A stretch of DNA of 64,000 nt from Marsupella aquatica. Its lineage: Eukaryota > Plantae > Marchantiophyta. The notes under the pieces were generated by a model that worked only from the letters and a program-made list of their open reading frames with translations, was not told the origin of the DNA and searched no databases. The translations under genes were made by a program, and so were the position numbers. Positions 1 to 13,605 of the stretch are shown piece by piece (within the stretch, counting starts at the first letter, position 1; each line of letters begins with the position of its first letter). The stretch spans positions 16,720,170-16,784,169 of the forward strand of contig OZ316895.1 of NCBI GenBank assembly GCA_973895155.1. Reading direction: 5' to 3'.

Positions 1-1444
1 GAGCTGATTCACTAAACCGATTATAAGACAGTGGAGTTTCTCTCCAAATGGAAGTTTGAAGCTAACAAGCACGCAGGGGTGAACAATGGGTGAGTACATA
101 CCATTGTCTCGTCGACTGCCTCAACCATTGTCAACGTCTCATCAGATCCATCAAAACCGGATCAGAAAAAAGCTACAGAAGTAATCTTGATCTCCTGGTC
201 CAACCTTCACAAGCCATCTCCACTGCATGCGCACGACGACTTCGTTCTTTTGTTTGACATTTCTCGTACCTCCTCCATTTACGAAGAAACCCACAAATTC
301 GCAGCTCACTTGTTACAGCAAACCAGTAGAGACTCCCATCTGCGATCGCTGTTCCTGTCTTGAGATCACGGCGGTCTTGAATGGCGGCCCGCCTATGCCC
401 ATAAGTCAATGCTGGCCACGAATCGTAAACCTTTCCCTGTCCTCGCAAATCTGGAATCCACCGCACCACTCCCTGCAAATTCCAACCCTGCGCCACACCG
501 CATTGCTCCCGTTCCTCGTCCGCGAAAAATGCTAAGCTGCCGACGAGTAGATCTCTCTCTCTGTGTCCCTCGCTACCGCAAAAATCTGCGGCGCACACGT
601 TCGTTCTAGTTTGATTTGCTCGACCGTAACATTCCCTTGATTGGATTTCCCCTTCTTCGACCACTGCTACGCTAATCTCGATTCTCTACTGGAGATCCCG
701 AAAGTGCGCACAGGTCATTCCTACGAATTGTGGCTCACTTCGGTCTCTGTCCGCGACGTTCTTCAATAAAACAATAGAACATCGTCGTCCCCAACTTCTC
801 TCCGCCATGCCCTCACTCCCAACCTGCGGCTGACTCAATTATACCTCGATTCAATCCACTCACACGTCTTCTCATTGAATGCCGACCAACGCCCTTTCCG
901 TCAAATATGAGCGCCTTTCAAACCAAATGCACTCAATAATCACTCACTCCTCAGCTCACGAAAGCACCACCCCGGACATACATTCCTTCCGCAGCTACAA
1001 CCTCAGTCACGCATTCGTGCGTGCGTGCTTGCTTGCGTCCTCTCTTCCGCAACCTGCCGCTGTCTGTCTGTGTCTATATCTACATGAGTGAATTCTATCT
1101 TTGGAAAACGCCGAACTCCTCTCCAAGCAGACCGTCCTCCGCGCAAAGCAGCAATGCTCAATCACGGCTTGGCACACGCGCCAACTGTTCAATGCCGTGG
1201 ATCTCTTTCTCGATGTACTTTCTTTCTCGATCGATCTCTCTCGCTCGCCTTCAATCCTCCTCCTCCTCCACGCCTCTCGATCATCAGCTCGGCAGACGCA
1301 AGCTGTGGCAGTGTGGCACCCGAATTCACGAAGGCGTGGAGAGCTAAAGTCTCAAAACGTTGCGACTGCGTTGCTTATTAGGTGATCGACAGTCATGCGC
1401 GTTCCATAACTCTCTGGGGCTGCTGCCCACGCCACTTTGCTTTT

Positions 1445-1597
1445 GGCTGCCCGTGCCTGACCGTCTGTTGCTCGCCCCCCACTTTTCTTTTGTCAGTCAT
1501 GGCTGCCCGCGCCTGACCGTCTGTTGCTCGCCTCTACTTTACTTTTGTCTGTCGTGGCTGCCCGTCTACCCGCTCGTCTGCCGTACCGTTATACCCC
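1445..1597. repeat. About 56-bp GC-rich tandem repeat (2.5 copies), possibly the subterminal array of a DNA transposon end
   Basis: GGCTGCCCG(T/C)GCCTGACCGTCTGTTGCTCGCC recurs at 1445 and 1501, with a partial copy at 1556. The array ends ...GTTATACCC (minus strand GGGTATAAC...). The transposon-end reading is inference, as no partner end lies in the window. Confidence 0.6.
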
Positions 1598-2454
1598 ATT
1601 AGGCCATTACAGTGCGCAGTACGGGCACGCGCGACTTTTAATGCATTAATTCGGGGAATTTATCTGGATCTACCGTACTGACATCAATTTTGTGAGTAAA
1701 TCGGGGGATTTAGCGGCTTGGACTTATTGATAAGTGCAATAGCTTGAGTTAATCTAATCCGAGGGTGTTCCAATTTTAGACGAGCGTTGGTTTTGTTTAT
1801 TGGATCTACTCATTAATTCCTAATAATGGAAAATGATGCTCCCATTCTCACAATTGAGTTTAACTATAATAATTTGATTTTCGAAGTTGAAGCCCAGACG
1901 GACCTTCAAGTTCGATGAAATGCTCCTATGGACAATTGCAACTCAGATGGACCATTGCAAAATGTACTCATGGGTTCGGATGACACACTTTACACTTCCG
2001 TATGAAGGGTGACCTGTAACTCCTCACACAAGGGGTACTCTGTTGGTTCAGCCTGTATTCCATCCGTTGTAGCCGGTTTCCTTCACTGAGGAGCGGTACA
2101 AGTCACCCAAAGTGCTGAGCATTACTAGGGGTCTCAAACTTAGCCTTGCTGTTTCCTGTTGCAGTCAGAGATGGAATCCCGGGAATAAAATTGACGGACA
2201 CAAAAATCCATGTCCACACCACTCCTGCTGAACCCTGACCGAAACTGCTACAGTAGTTCCGGGCCTTGTTTTTTCCTGCAACTCCAAGGATTGAGACTCT
2301 CTACTAGTGTGCTGCCATGAGCAGAACCAATTGACATTGTGCGCACTGGTGATGGTGGTGAGTAATTCATTATTTTGTGTTTTATGCTTGCCGTTTATGT
2401 GCTTACTGATCGACTGCACTGCCTGCTCAATAGGGGATTGACTGCACTGCCAGA

Positions 2455-2954
2455 AATTTGTTGTTCTCAAGACTGAGAAACTTCAAATTGGACAAAGCGC
2501 CGAATTAAGAAGGAATGCCTCTGTCTAAAGAATTCATCTCTAAATCCAGATGTTGTAAAGCTGAGCAGTTGCCAAGTGAGATCGTTGTTGGACACGTCTA
2601 GAGTTTGTAGTTTGTCAAATATCTCATTGGAGGACAGATATCTTTATTCATTAATTTCATTGAACAGCATTTTGAGATGCAACAACTTGGAGCATTTGCC
2701 AACACTGGCTGGTATTGAGCCATGCAAGGAGTTTTGGGGGAGGTCAACATTCTGCAGTTTTAGAAGCTGACTGAGGACAGCTGAGACTGTTTCTACTAGC
2801 CTGAGGCCTCTCAAATTGAGAGTGGTGACCAGCTTGGAGTTCGGAGAACATCCAACCCCCACACATCTACAGGGATTAGAGTCATTTGCATGCCAGCTGT
2901 TCCGCCCGTGATCTCACTCTTGAAAGCCATGAGAATGTCCACTTCCTTGGGCTC
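2455..2954 (-). pseudogene. Leucine-rich-repeat receptor (LRR-RLK/RLP) N-terminal pseudogene fragment
   Basis: Minus-strand translation with frameshifts: EVDILMAFKSEI.../SWHANDSNPCRCVGVGC (LRRNT cap), then plant extracellular LRRs VTTLNLRGLRL, LQNVDLPQNSLHGSIPASVGKCSKLLHL, LQTLDVSNNDL, LGNCSALQHLDLEMNSLDRGIPS*FGALSNLKFLSLENNKF. Stops and frameshifts are present. Confidence 0.8.
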
Positions 2955-2977
2955 CTATCAAATAACACTTTTTATTT

Positions 2978-3148
2978 GGGTGTAAATATCTGGTTACTTG
3001 ATGGACCCCTGAATTCAAGTGTTACTTGATTGACCCTATGAGGCCCCATGAGATTTAGAATATGTCAGTGAACTTGATCATTTATGGGGAGCATCAAGTC
3101 ATTGTTATTTTTCATTTTGGGGGTTCATCAGGTAAATCTTTTTTTCCC
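2978..3148. mobile_element. MITE-like element (probable Mutator-type), same family as 56614-56792
   Basis: Inverted arms TTACTTGATGGACCCC / GGGGTTCATCAGGTAA. The right arm reverse-complemented (ATTTACCTGATGAACCCCCAAAATG) matches 56621 ATTTACTTGACAGACCCCCAAAATG. GGG...CCC termini; no clear TSD. Confidence 0.55.
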
Positions 3149-5449
3149 ATCCCATGTTGTGCTTAACACTTTGGATCACTTTACACCTAAAATTCACACC
3201 CCTCACCGGACTGCTAAGGAGGTCTCAGTATTTTTCATGGCACCATGACCCAGCTATAAAAATTGGTGTAGGGTAACCCATCCCCAAGAGGGGCTACTGG
3301 ACTGTAATCTTAGAGGGCGGTTAGCCTGAGGGGCTCACAGCCCATTATCCCCAATTGGAATAAATGTCAAAGCACTTGCCATGGGAAATTCAAAAACTTT
3401 ACAAAGGACTTGTCATGTGAGATTCAATAAGTACTCTGCAAAATCCCTGGCACATTGTAACGTCACCTCAATGGTTCGTGCTGCAACAAAAATATGCATT
3501 CTTGCAATTTGTGTTAACACGTTTGTTTGTGTCTAAGTGATGCACACAAATGCAAAGAGTTTAGGGTTGACAAACAAGAACATAGCCGAGAACATAGCTA
3601 GGAGAAAAGCACCAATTCAAACTTCACACAGTCTCAAAGGAGTCAACTATCACAAAATGGATTGAAGCAAATCCCAATTTAAACCATTAACAATCTCAAA
3701 GCACCAAAAAGAACGGGTTTAGACAAGTTATTAACAAGTCAGACTACTTTCACAACTGTTGTGGCCATTAGTTTGGTGAGCAGGAAAGATTTATTTTATG
3801 CCATAGCAAAGTCATGGAATAACTTACCCATGATATGGCTATGTCACCAAGGCGAAGGTTGTGTCTTGACCTTGATCTGTTTTGTGTCAGGTCACTGTGC
3901 TCTACAGGAAAGCTTTGGGGAACCCAACTCTATGTTTTTCCTATAATTCTATTAATATTGAACAGGATTAAAAAGTCTGCAGTTTCATCCACTGGCATAG
4001 TCCCTTCTAAGCAGTTTACTCCACAGCTATACCAGGCTATTCAGTTGTTGGTCTAGTAGGGTTAGTCTTCTAGTAGGGTTAGTCTTCTCTTCTTCTTTGT
4101 GCTATTTTGTACTTTGTCTTTGGGGGGGGGGGACTCCCTTGCCTGTTGGGCCCCTTTGGTGTCTTGGAGTCTTTCCCTTTCCGTTCCTTTATTGTGTCTT
4201 TTTGTCTTTGGGATCCTGTTTACTCTTCCATGGTGGGGCTCTTTTGGTCTTCATGGGGTCTTTCCTTTTCGCCTTTATTGAGCCTGTTTATCTTTGGGAT
4301 ACTATTTCCCTTAGCTTGATTGGACTCTTTGGTCTTCTTGGAGTCTTTCCCTCCCTCCCTTTATTGTGAGTTTTTGGTTTCGGTATCCTGTTCCCAATTT
4401 GATTTCTCCTCTGGCACTCTGATCTATATGTTCCTTTTTACCAGAGCCTTTTTGGAAGTTTTATATTCAGCAACTTGTAGCGAATTTGTTGGCATTCGGA
4501 TCGTGACTCGTGAGGTTTCAAGGAACAGTACTGGCCTGCCCGACGCCTTGCCCAGTGCTGCCCGGCCCGTCTCGGGACGCTCCGGGCAGCACTTAAGTCA
4601 GCGCTGGGGTGTGCGCATTTGTTTTGTTTTATTAGCCTCTGATGAGAATAATGTATTATGTATAGGTGTATATGTATATATACGAGCTTGTGCGCAAAAC
4701 TCGTGTTGAGTGGAGTTCCCGAGATAAATTCTCCCGAATAACCGCAGGTTGCGTAAAGCTACAATTCTGCACTACAGTAATAATCCGCGATATGGACCGG
4801 CGGGCCCAGTAACCCAGCGCTTCCGCAATATCCGGGGAATAACGAGAAACCGTGCAGCTGCGCAATATGCGGAGAGTCACGCGAAACCGTGCAGTATCCA
4901 ACGAGGAAGACGGGAAGCCGTGCTCAAAGATACCCTGAAAACTTGCGGGGAATGGTGCAGAGAGGTTTTTTTTAAGCGAACACAGTACAAAGAATTGGTC
5001 ATTTTTGGCGCAATGTTTTTTTTTTAATCTTTGTACGTTGTGCTCAAAATAAATTTAGATCATGGAAGTACTGTAATTGAAAATTTCCCTTTTCAGTTCA
5101 ATTGATAATGTGAATCCTATCCAGAATATGTTTTAAGATTGTAAGATACCTCAATTTTGAGAAATAAGAACTACATTGTTCACCCTAATTAATGTCATGC
5201 AAAAATTCATGTTAGTACAAAATTAGTGTGAGTTTGAGTCTAAGTAACTGTAGGTTTGTCTGTTTGAAAATAGTTTTTCTTCACTTTTGTTTAGATTTCT
5301 AGTAAAATGGATTTCTAAATGTTTGATGATCCTTGATAAATTCTTTCTCATTTATAATTGCAAATGTTTTGAGATCACACTATTTTAGATTGCACTACAA
5401 AAAATTGCTCACTATTAAAAGTTGCATAAAGTAGCCGTAAAATCCGTGC

Positions 5450-6873
5450 ATATAAGCAGGAAGGGCTACCTGTTCCCAGACCCCTAATGCTTGTCCTTAC
5501 TCACAAGGATAGTCCAAATATGAAAAAATTTGGTTACCAGAGAGATCATGAACAGAAGAGTTAGATTCAAGCACGTCAATCAACAAGAAATGATGTGTTC
5601 TATGCCTTACAGGATTACAGGTTTCAAATAACAGTTTGCTCATGAATTTTGTGTTCATCTCTTTTTATCTTATGACAAGTCCCTGGACAAGTCCTGAAGC
5701 AAAGGAACTTTGCAGTCCTTTCATCACCTCATGATCACCTCAGAAAGTTCATGACCCCATTTTTTGTCCAAAATTTTGCAGTAATGATGTCCATGTCCAT
5801 TGTAAGACCTCTTTCTCAATTAGTCAAGATACAATTACCATAAGAGAATAGACAACTAAGTTATCGATTGATACACTCTTTATGGGGAGATGAAGGAAAA
5901 ACTTAATATAGAAGGTCCCTATCACATTCCACAGTTAAGGAGGATTTGAAATTTCCATTTAATGTGATAAGAACCAGCTGGCTGGCCTCTCTCCACTGGC
6001 TCCTAGCATTGAAGATTAATGACGCTGTTTATCTCAAATATTTGGCTATGCTCTTGAATTAGTGTTACCCAAAAAAGTCTACATGCATTTAAAACATTAT
6101 TTTCCCCCTTGTGTGGAAAGTAGGAGGGTGCCGTCCTACATGATAATTCTTGGCTCTAGCATACATGAATCAGTGTAGATAAGTCCTTATTCCCCCTTAT
6201 TGTTACAGGCACTAATTTCGCACTCACACTAATGAGATGGTATCACTAATATCAGTGAGGGGCATAGTATGCTTGACTTGTGTTTTTTAGCTGACACAAG
6301 GTCACCTTATTGAAAGTTGCTCTTTCACTTTGCATGTGAAATGTGTTTGGTAACCCAACAAATATTGCCGCCCATCCTCGTCGATTTTCATGACTTTTAC
6401 TTCACCCCCTTCATATGTGTCCACCTTGTAGCATTTGTTCTTATGAACACAGACATTATTTTGGATTGAAATTGATCTAAGCGAGATGCTACTGAATGCA
6501 AAGTTGGAAGGCGTCCACCATGGCAGCTAGCAAGGCCACTTATGTTGGAGTAGTTTTTTCAGGAACCATTTCTTATGGAATAATAAACTCATACTATATT
6601 CATTGTCTTATTGTTTGCCCTCGTAGTCCTTTTAGCCACATCTTTAAACCCCTCCAGATTTGTGGTGCCTTGTTATTAAAACACCATCCAGGCTTGCTGA
6701 GTAGGGCATTAGTTGTTTTGTTGTTGTTGGGTTTGGGGTTTGGGGTTTGGTACTCTTTGGCTTTTTGGCTTTTTAGTATTTTTTGGGGTTTATATATGTT
6801 TTCTATTCTTTGTCGGGTCTCCTATCTCTCAATAGGCACTTTTTACTTTTGGCAGAGTTATATTAAAAAAAAT
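5450..6873 (+). mobile_element. Heavily degraded LINE (non-LTR retrotransposon) 3' remnant
   Basis: HCLIVCPRS at about 6600 resembles the C-terminal zinc-knuckle of LINE ORF2. It is followed by a T/G-rich tract and an A-run (TATTAAAAAAAA) at about 6865. The 5' boundary is approximate. Confidence 0.3.
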
Positions 6874-8082
6874 TATGTTGAACTGTCATCAACTTTAAGA
6901 ATGCCCTCGACAGGCTGTCCAGGACATACTGTTATCTCACCCACTAAAAGGAGCTGGACACATAAGATCCAAAGCATATGAAAAACAATCAATCAGGATG
7001 ACTAAAAAATAATTAAAGTCCTCCATTCGAAGGAATTCTCCCAAACTAGAGGCCCAAAGCCCTCGTGCTTTCATTTAGGACAATGCCATCACGTAAGGCC
7101 TTTACCCTACACTTAGCTAATGGATGATGGCAAACCTACCAAGTTATCGCCCACAGGTGCCTTACAAGACACTTGCAGATTACATACTTCGGTGTATATC
7201 AAACGTTTTAACAAATGATTAAAAATCTTGGTTGTCCCTCTTTTTGGTTCATTTCGTCTTGTTTTTTTCCTCAACCTACTATATGTGTGGAATCTCCCAT
7301 GTTATGCAGATTTTAATTTCCTCAAGTACCAATTCTCCCATGGATGAAGGTGAGGTTGTTCCTCAATCATTAAATCTGATCATTGATCATTGATGATCTC
7401 ATATCTTTTATCTCTTTACTTTCTTTCACTAACATATACACTCACTTACCGTCATGGCATATGATAATTTTTAAGACAAAAAGTTGCCGAGTTTTACTGT
7501 TGCAGTTAATAACCTTCGTAGTCACGGTACATAAAGTTTTTGAGTTATGAGACCAGTTTTCTCTTACTTGCAAAATTTTCATTGCACCTCACGTAGCCAT
7601 TGCCACTTTTGGCACAAATTCACCAGGCTTTCAATCTCCCGTTAGCCATTTTCACACCTAGGCCACAGACCCTTCAGCCAGAATCTGACAATTATCCTTA
7701 AATCTAGGGAGAGACGGTTCAGGTATTACTTTAGTAAAATGAGATAAGGAAATCCTTGACATTTCTCCTTTTCACACAAGGGGACATTCGCCACCATAGC
7801 CAAAAGAAGAAGAAAAAAAATTCGTCACCAACTAGTGCACTCTTATCCTGCGACTCTGGTTTTCCTTTGCGCATTCATTGCCGGAATTATCGGAGAGATC
7901 GGATTCAAAGGTCCGAACAACAATGCTGTTTTCTGGGAAAAAACGGCTCGATCCGAGAAAAGGCACACGCAACAACAAAAAGAATGACGCCATTTACAAC
8001 AATCATGTACCCGGCCTTCCGCTCCGGTCGTTGGGAATTCGAGACGACATTACTGTTTGCGGAGCCTGGTAAACAGCACTGC

Positions 8083-8551
8083 ATGCGAAGCATCGGAGAT
8101 TGCAATCAGTTCGGCGGAGGTGGGTTAATGATTCGTTGAAAACCCAAGCAAGGCAGGGACGCAGGTCTTACTTTGAGACTTCTTCCTCTGTCCGAGTGTC
8201 TGATCAGATGACGCTCTCAGTTTCTTTGCTTTCAGAGTTTCGTCAGGAAAGGTCGTGAGCGTATCATTTCTCGTCTTCCCTTGTTGGACTTCTCTGTCTA
8301 GTGTGTACTCAGTTTTGACGGTAGAGCTCGTCTGCTTTTGGATGGATTCAGAGATTGTTGGTTCTGTTCACCAGACTCGTGAGGTACGGTACAGTGTGTG
8401 GTCAGTGCATTGAAAAAGTGAACTGCGCCTGTCATGCCCACGATCACAAAGCTGACAGTAAGTTGATCACCAGGGATATCATCAGGATGAGGATGTCTGG
8501 GCCCTGCTTATTTATGACAGTTCTTGAAAGACCCACTCGTACATGTTCAAG
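8083..8551 (+). CDS. Putative orphan gene, 5' micro-exon chain (exons 8083-8119, 8236-8251, 8375-8383, 8474-8551)
   Basis: Canonical AG/GT borders with introns of 116, 123 and 90 bp. The spliced frame stays open: MRSIGDCNQFGGEFRQERLVRDIIRMRMSGPCLFMTVLERPTRTCS. No recognisable domain. Confidence 0.3.
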
Positions 8552-8759
8552 GTACCGTCTATGGCCCTGTGCATGTTTGATGATCTCGTTTCGAGACGCG
8601 AATCCTTGGAAATTCGTGGTGCTTTGTTGTCTTGGGAGGCAGTCTTTCTCTCTTTTGTGAGCATGAAGAGACTCCTCTTCTGCGAGCCCATTCATATCTG
8701 CTGTTACATTGGGGGAAGTTTCGAGAAAGAGAGGATGGTGAACATAAACACTATCATTA

Positions 8760-9850
8760 TCATATCACACTACCCCAAGAAGACCACAAAGGCAAATAAT
8801 TCTGTGAGTCTCAAGAAAAGACAAAAATAACTAAAACCCTTACAAGGGAAAAAACTACAACCTATTGAGCAGCAAAATGAAAAGCTTGGTAAAGCTCATG
8901 AGTAAACCAAAAATGGGGCAGTTCAGCCTAAATCTAGGCTTCTAATAAGTGGATGGCTAGTGTATTGTTACTCTATTTTCACCGGAAGGTGAAAGAGGGT
9001 TCTCAGACTCAATTGAAAGTTTTCTGGTGAAAATAGGGTAAAAATACACTTGGGTCAATGCTCCATATATAATGAATGGCCTCTGTGGAAGCCAAGCCCA
9101 TTTCCAATTTCATACCACCCCCAACTTGAAATTGTGTGATGCATATTTTATTTCCCCTAACCTTAAAATGTTGTCCTTTGTATTTGCTCATTGAGCACAG
9201 CCCCCTGGTCAGCCTGGCAAGGGATGATGGAATTCACCCTTATAGCAAAATGTTAGGGTAACATCATCAAAAACTTACTCGGTGGTTTAAGCTTGTTAAC
9301 CCATTTCCTGTCAGGCGAAATAGGTTGTAACCCTCCATTGCCACCATCTACAGTAAGTAACTCCCTTGGTACAAATAGTGGAACGTATACACCACTATTT
9401 GCAACAGTCCAGCTTTGAGCACAATGGGGGGTCAGCCCCTTTTGTTTCTAGGGCCGAGATTCTTTCCCAAAGTAGGGGGGGGAGAGATTTGCAAAGGGTG
9501 GGGAGTGGCTTGGAGCATATAGTGGAGGGGGTGAATGGAAACAGCTCTTAATTAGGATCCAAGAGTTACTTCAATACTTCACATCTTCCTTGGAAGAAGT
9601 TTCTCACCTTATTTCATCCCTGTGCTGCAATTGCAATTTAATTTTGGTTCTTCTCTGCCAAAGAGCAATCCAGCAATTGGTTGTTGGTCGCGGGCCGAGA
9701 TTCATTCCCAAAGTCTGTACTTGAACATCATCACGTCTTCGTTGGAAATCTTACCTTATTTCGCTGTGCTGCAATTGCAATTGAATTTTTCGTTGTCCTC
9801 TGCCAAATTTCAATCCAGCAATGGCAGGTTGGTCGTGGAAATCGTAAGCA
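8760..9850 (-). mobile_element. Degraded LINE ORF2 3' fragment with an internal duplication of about 148-bp period
   Basis: Minus strand reads ILIKSCFHS../LHYMLQATP, resembling the LINE LIKSVLxxIPxYxMQ motif, followed by a DGGxG-like motif and a T-rich tail toward 8760. Segments 9560-9700 and 9708-9840 are diverged copies of each other. Confidence 0.4.
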
Positions 9851-12800
9851 GCTACGAACAGTACTCTAGCGAGCTTGGGCAGTACGGTAGGCAACAAACC
9901 TTCACCCAGTACCAATTGTAGTGAGATCAAATGCATACAACTACGGATCCTCGTTGATTTACGTTCATGACAAATGCCATCACACTTGCTGAAGGCACCA
10001 TACAATTTTGCTACTTTTCTATACGCATCCACCTTGCTAAGAGGAAGTGATTGTTACAGAGTAGACGGTAATCAAGCATGAGTTTTTCCGATTAAGTGGT
10101 ATATAGATGCAGGGTATGAACTTTGTTGCACTATTGAGGAGCCTCTTTCTGTCAGTCGATTTCGAGGTCGATTTGCACCAAATACTCTAGCTTCCAAACT
10201 ACTGAGGTGACTTCGCACCTTGGTGCCAGCATCCATCAATAAGTTCTCATTTATTCGTATCAATAGCTTTCATAACATAATCGATCCCAAATTCTAATCA
10301 CAAGCCTTGTATTACAGTAAGCTAAATAATAAATTGCAAACATCCTGTTAATTCAATCTGCCTCCTCGATTTGTCCTCCCAGCTCATGGCACAAAAAGTA
10401 AAGGGGACGGAGCAAAAACGAGAGCAAGAGTGGTTTCTTTTTGCGTCGAGTAAAACAAATCCTGAGAGAAAAGGAAAAATGGGCCATGTTCGCGAGCACA
10501 GTAAGCATGAATCAACAGGCTTGTTTATATAAACCTGGCACTTCACAACGACTTCGACGTACAAGTAAAGGGAGGCAAACCAAATGTGGACCGTTTCGTC
10601 CTCAACCATGCCTGCAGCAAGTATATAATAAGCAGGCAAATGTTACTGTGGGAACTTCATATGAAGGTTACATTGGTGGTGTACATAATTACTTACTGTA
10701 CTGCTTTCTCTGACCAGCGTTGTTGCACAAATTTTTAAGTTAGTCTGAGTTGGGTCTCAGTATACATAATGATCTGTCCGTGCGTCCTGTTGAATGGTGG
10801 TATTGTGAAGTAATCATCTCCTCAGCTGTGACCTGCGAAAGGCTCGATTAGGACCAGAAACCTGTCCTTGATGGACCAGAAGGTCGCAGGCTTTATGACC
10901 AATAATTTTGCAGATCAGATCAGATCACGTTTCGTGGGCTTGTGTTCGAGAAATATCTTTCATTTCATCAGGATGGAAACCAGGCTTTTTTTTGCCTCAC
11001 TACAATGTGCAGTTGGGATCGCCAACGCTAGTCAAGCTAGGACGATTCTTTCATGGACTTACGGTTCTCAGTTGGCAATAGGCTGTCCTAAGAGTATATT
11101 CTAATTTGAATCAAAGCTAAGCCGCGCTTCAATAAAGCTTACATCCCATCGATTAGAGGTTTAACTTACGCAGCCCATCAATAGACACTGACCATTCTTC
11201 ATTACTCCCGGCCTCTCTTTCAACGTGCCCGTCAGTACAGTAGTCTGTCGGTAGGCTACACAATTTCATCCTCTCATCCAGCCGCAAATAACGCCATAGA
11301 ATATAACTCGCAGGGACCTCAGACGTCTGTACTCTGTCGCCCTTAGAAATGTTTCTGTTCTATCTGGAGAGCTCCATCTCCCCTAGCGTCTTTTACCTTA
11401 CAGCACACTTTGCCTTTCATTAAGATGAGGGAATCCCTTCATTAGAATGTATTCATCATCGTAGACTATCTATAGATCTCTAATACCCATCGTCCAATAA
11501 ATTTTAATTCAGTAGACATTTCAGACCCACAAGTGGACCTATTCTACTTACTTTCAAGTTACCTTGCAAGTCATGAGCAGTTTTCCATTGTTTACACGGT
11601 AATTGGAAGGTTTTAGTGAAGTAACGAATGTTGGAATAGAGTGATGCTGGAACTATGAAGATCGAGGAATTCTCGAGCATGGGTCGGAGAGAAAGCTGCA
11701 AGGCCGCCGACTGGCCCGCGACCAGAGATCGTGCATGCATCGGGAACAGCATGCCCGAGTACGATACTGTGAGGTCCTCAGTTTCAATCAAATCAATTTT
11801 AATATGTAGAACTAGTCAGAGAAGTCACCTGGAATGGGTAGAAAGTGTTGCTGTGTTTATCAATGGCTGCTTCTGCTGCTGCTGCAAAGACGCACAGACT
11901 CGCAGCAGAGAACACGGTCTGGAAGAAGCTCGTGTAGGTGGTGACAAGTGGTAATGCATGGATAGCTTCTGTCTGAATCATTGCCTGGCTGCAGATAAAT
12001 AGAATTATTTGCAACCAGTCTAATGGCGGCCATGCAATAGGTCATTGCTGTTCTCCTCTTTGATCGACGGGTGAGGACCAGATTAAATCCGTAAGGAAGT
12101 CTATATTTTGCAGGCTAGGCAACAGAGGAACGTACAGGAAAAGCCTGAGCAGAGCACTCAGCCTGACAAAAGACTTTTCATTGATCGTGAGGCTTCATTT
12201 CTCAGTAGTTGAAGGTGGTACATAACATATGTATGAGTGAGAAAGCTTGCACAATCAAAACACAACGAGTCCTGTTTTCAGAGCAAGATTCGGATTGGAA
12301 TGTCTTATCTGATGTGACACAATTTAGTTACATACTGCTTAAGACAACATGTACTGTAGTGACCTGAGGTCCGAGCTAGCCCATCTGACAGCGCCCGAAT
12401 TGCCTGTCAGACAGGAGGGAAAAGGTAAGACCCAAGTCCAGGAGGATCCAGGATCTGACGACTCCATGATAGGTGACTGGTTCAATCAAGTCGGTGTTGT
12501 TATTGTACGCTCTCCACAAAATACGCGGTATCTAAAGCTGATCCCGTGTCAATATGCAGTGGAGTGGTCCAACGGCATGTCGAGTGATTGACTTGCGCAG
12601 CCAATGTTGCATCAGTTTTTTTATCTTGTCTCGAAAGGAAAATTACTGAAAGGAGTTACAGGAACCACACCGGGGGGCAGGGGCATCAGTTTTGGAGAGT
12701 GGCTCCGCATCCACCAACAATGCTGCCGAATCTTCTCAGTACAGTTGTCCCAAGCTGATTTGTTTCTGTGGTGTTTCAATTGACGAAGTTTCCATCACAG

Positions 12801-13605
12801 TCTTCTCTAGATGGACTCTTCAGGTTTTCCGTCAGTTCTGCCAGTGAGTTGGAATGACGATATACGAACGATCATGAAAGACGTCTGGTGAAGACACCCG
12901 AGCAGAATTGCAGTAACTTTAATTTCTGTGTTTTCATCTCGTTTCGGTGATGAGTCTGCATTTCAATGTAGCGTACCGCACTGACATGCATTTTCAATGG
13001 TAAGGCACTCACAAATGTATGCTCTGTCTGGATAATAGACACTATTCGGACAATAAAAACATTTCTTGGGGAGTGTTCTAATCAAGCTCATGAATCTCTC
13101 CAGAACGATGAGCTTTGTGATCAAAGTTTTCTTCAAGCCCAGAACGGAGGGAAGAGTTGCCTTTTCTTTGGAGCTGTCTATATAAAGTTCAAGAGATCAA
13201 AGCTTGGGATAGCACGATATGAGGAGAGATGTGTGGGTGCCTGCTAAAGAAAACCAAAATTCAACGGACAACATAGAAAAGACCAACCGATCGAAGGACA
13301 AAGGTCTCCATAAACCTTTGTCAGTTTCGGTGCTCCGTGTATCGTACAGCAAAACATCAAGATCGGTGTTAATTTATGCATCAGGATTAGTGATCGACCT
13401 CGTCGTTCTTAATTGCTATTTTGTGAGAACAAGTAGATTTTCTTGACAAACCTAAATATGAAGCACACTAGTTTGTCAAAACAAGCTTGTTAGGCCACTT
13501 CTAGTACTGTCACATTCACGTATGTACCACAACGAGATACTCTGAAAATGGTCCGTCGTGTAACTGGTGTGGAAGATGCAGTGCAGGGCGAATTTGAAAC
13601 ACTAG

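Noticed and set aside
173-1602. Cluster of ORFs of 60-163 aa
   Set aside because: GC-rich non-coding or TE-subterminal sequence with no recognisable product or consistent exon structure.
4097-4460. Hydrophobic ORFs resembling membrane peptides (also 6496-6981 and 29798-30283)
   Set aside because: They arise from T-rich tracts typical of retroelement 3' ends.
9560-9840. Duplicated segment with minus-strand AAG|GTAAG and AAG|GTGAG donor-like sites, suggesting tandem exon duplication
   Set aside because: It adjoins and translates like LINE ORF2 sequence, so it is better explained as a duplicated retrotransposon remnant.
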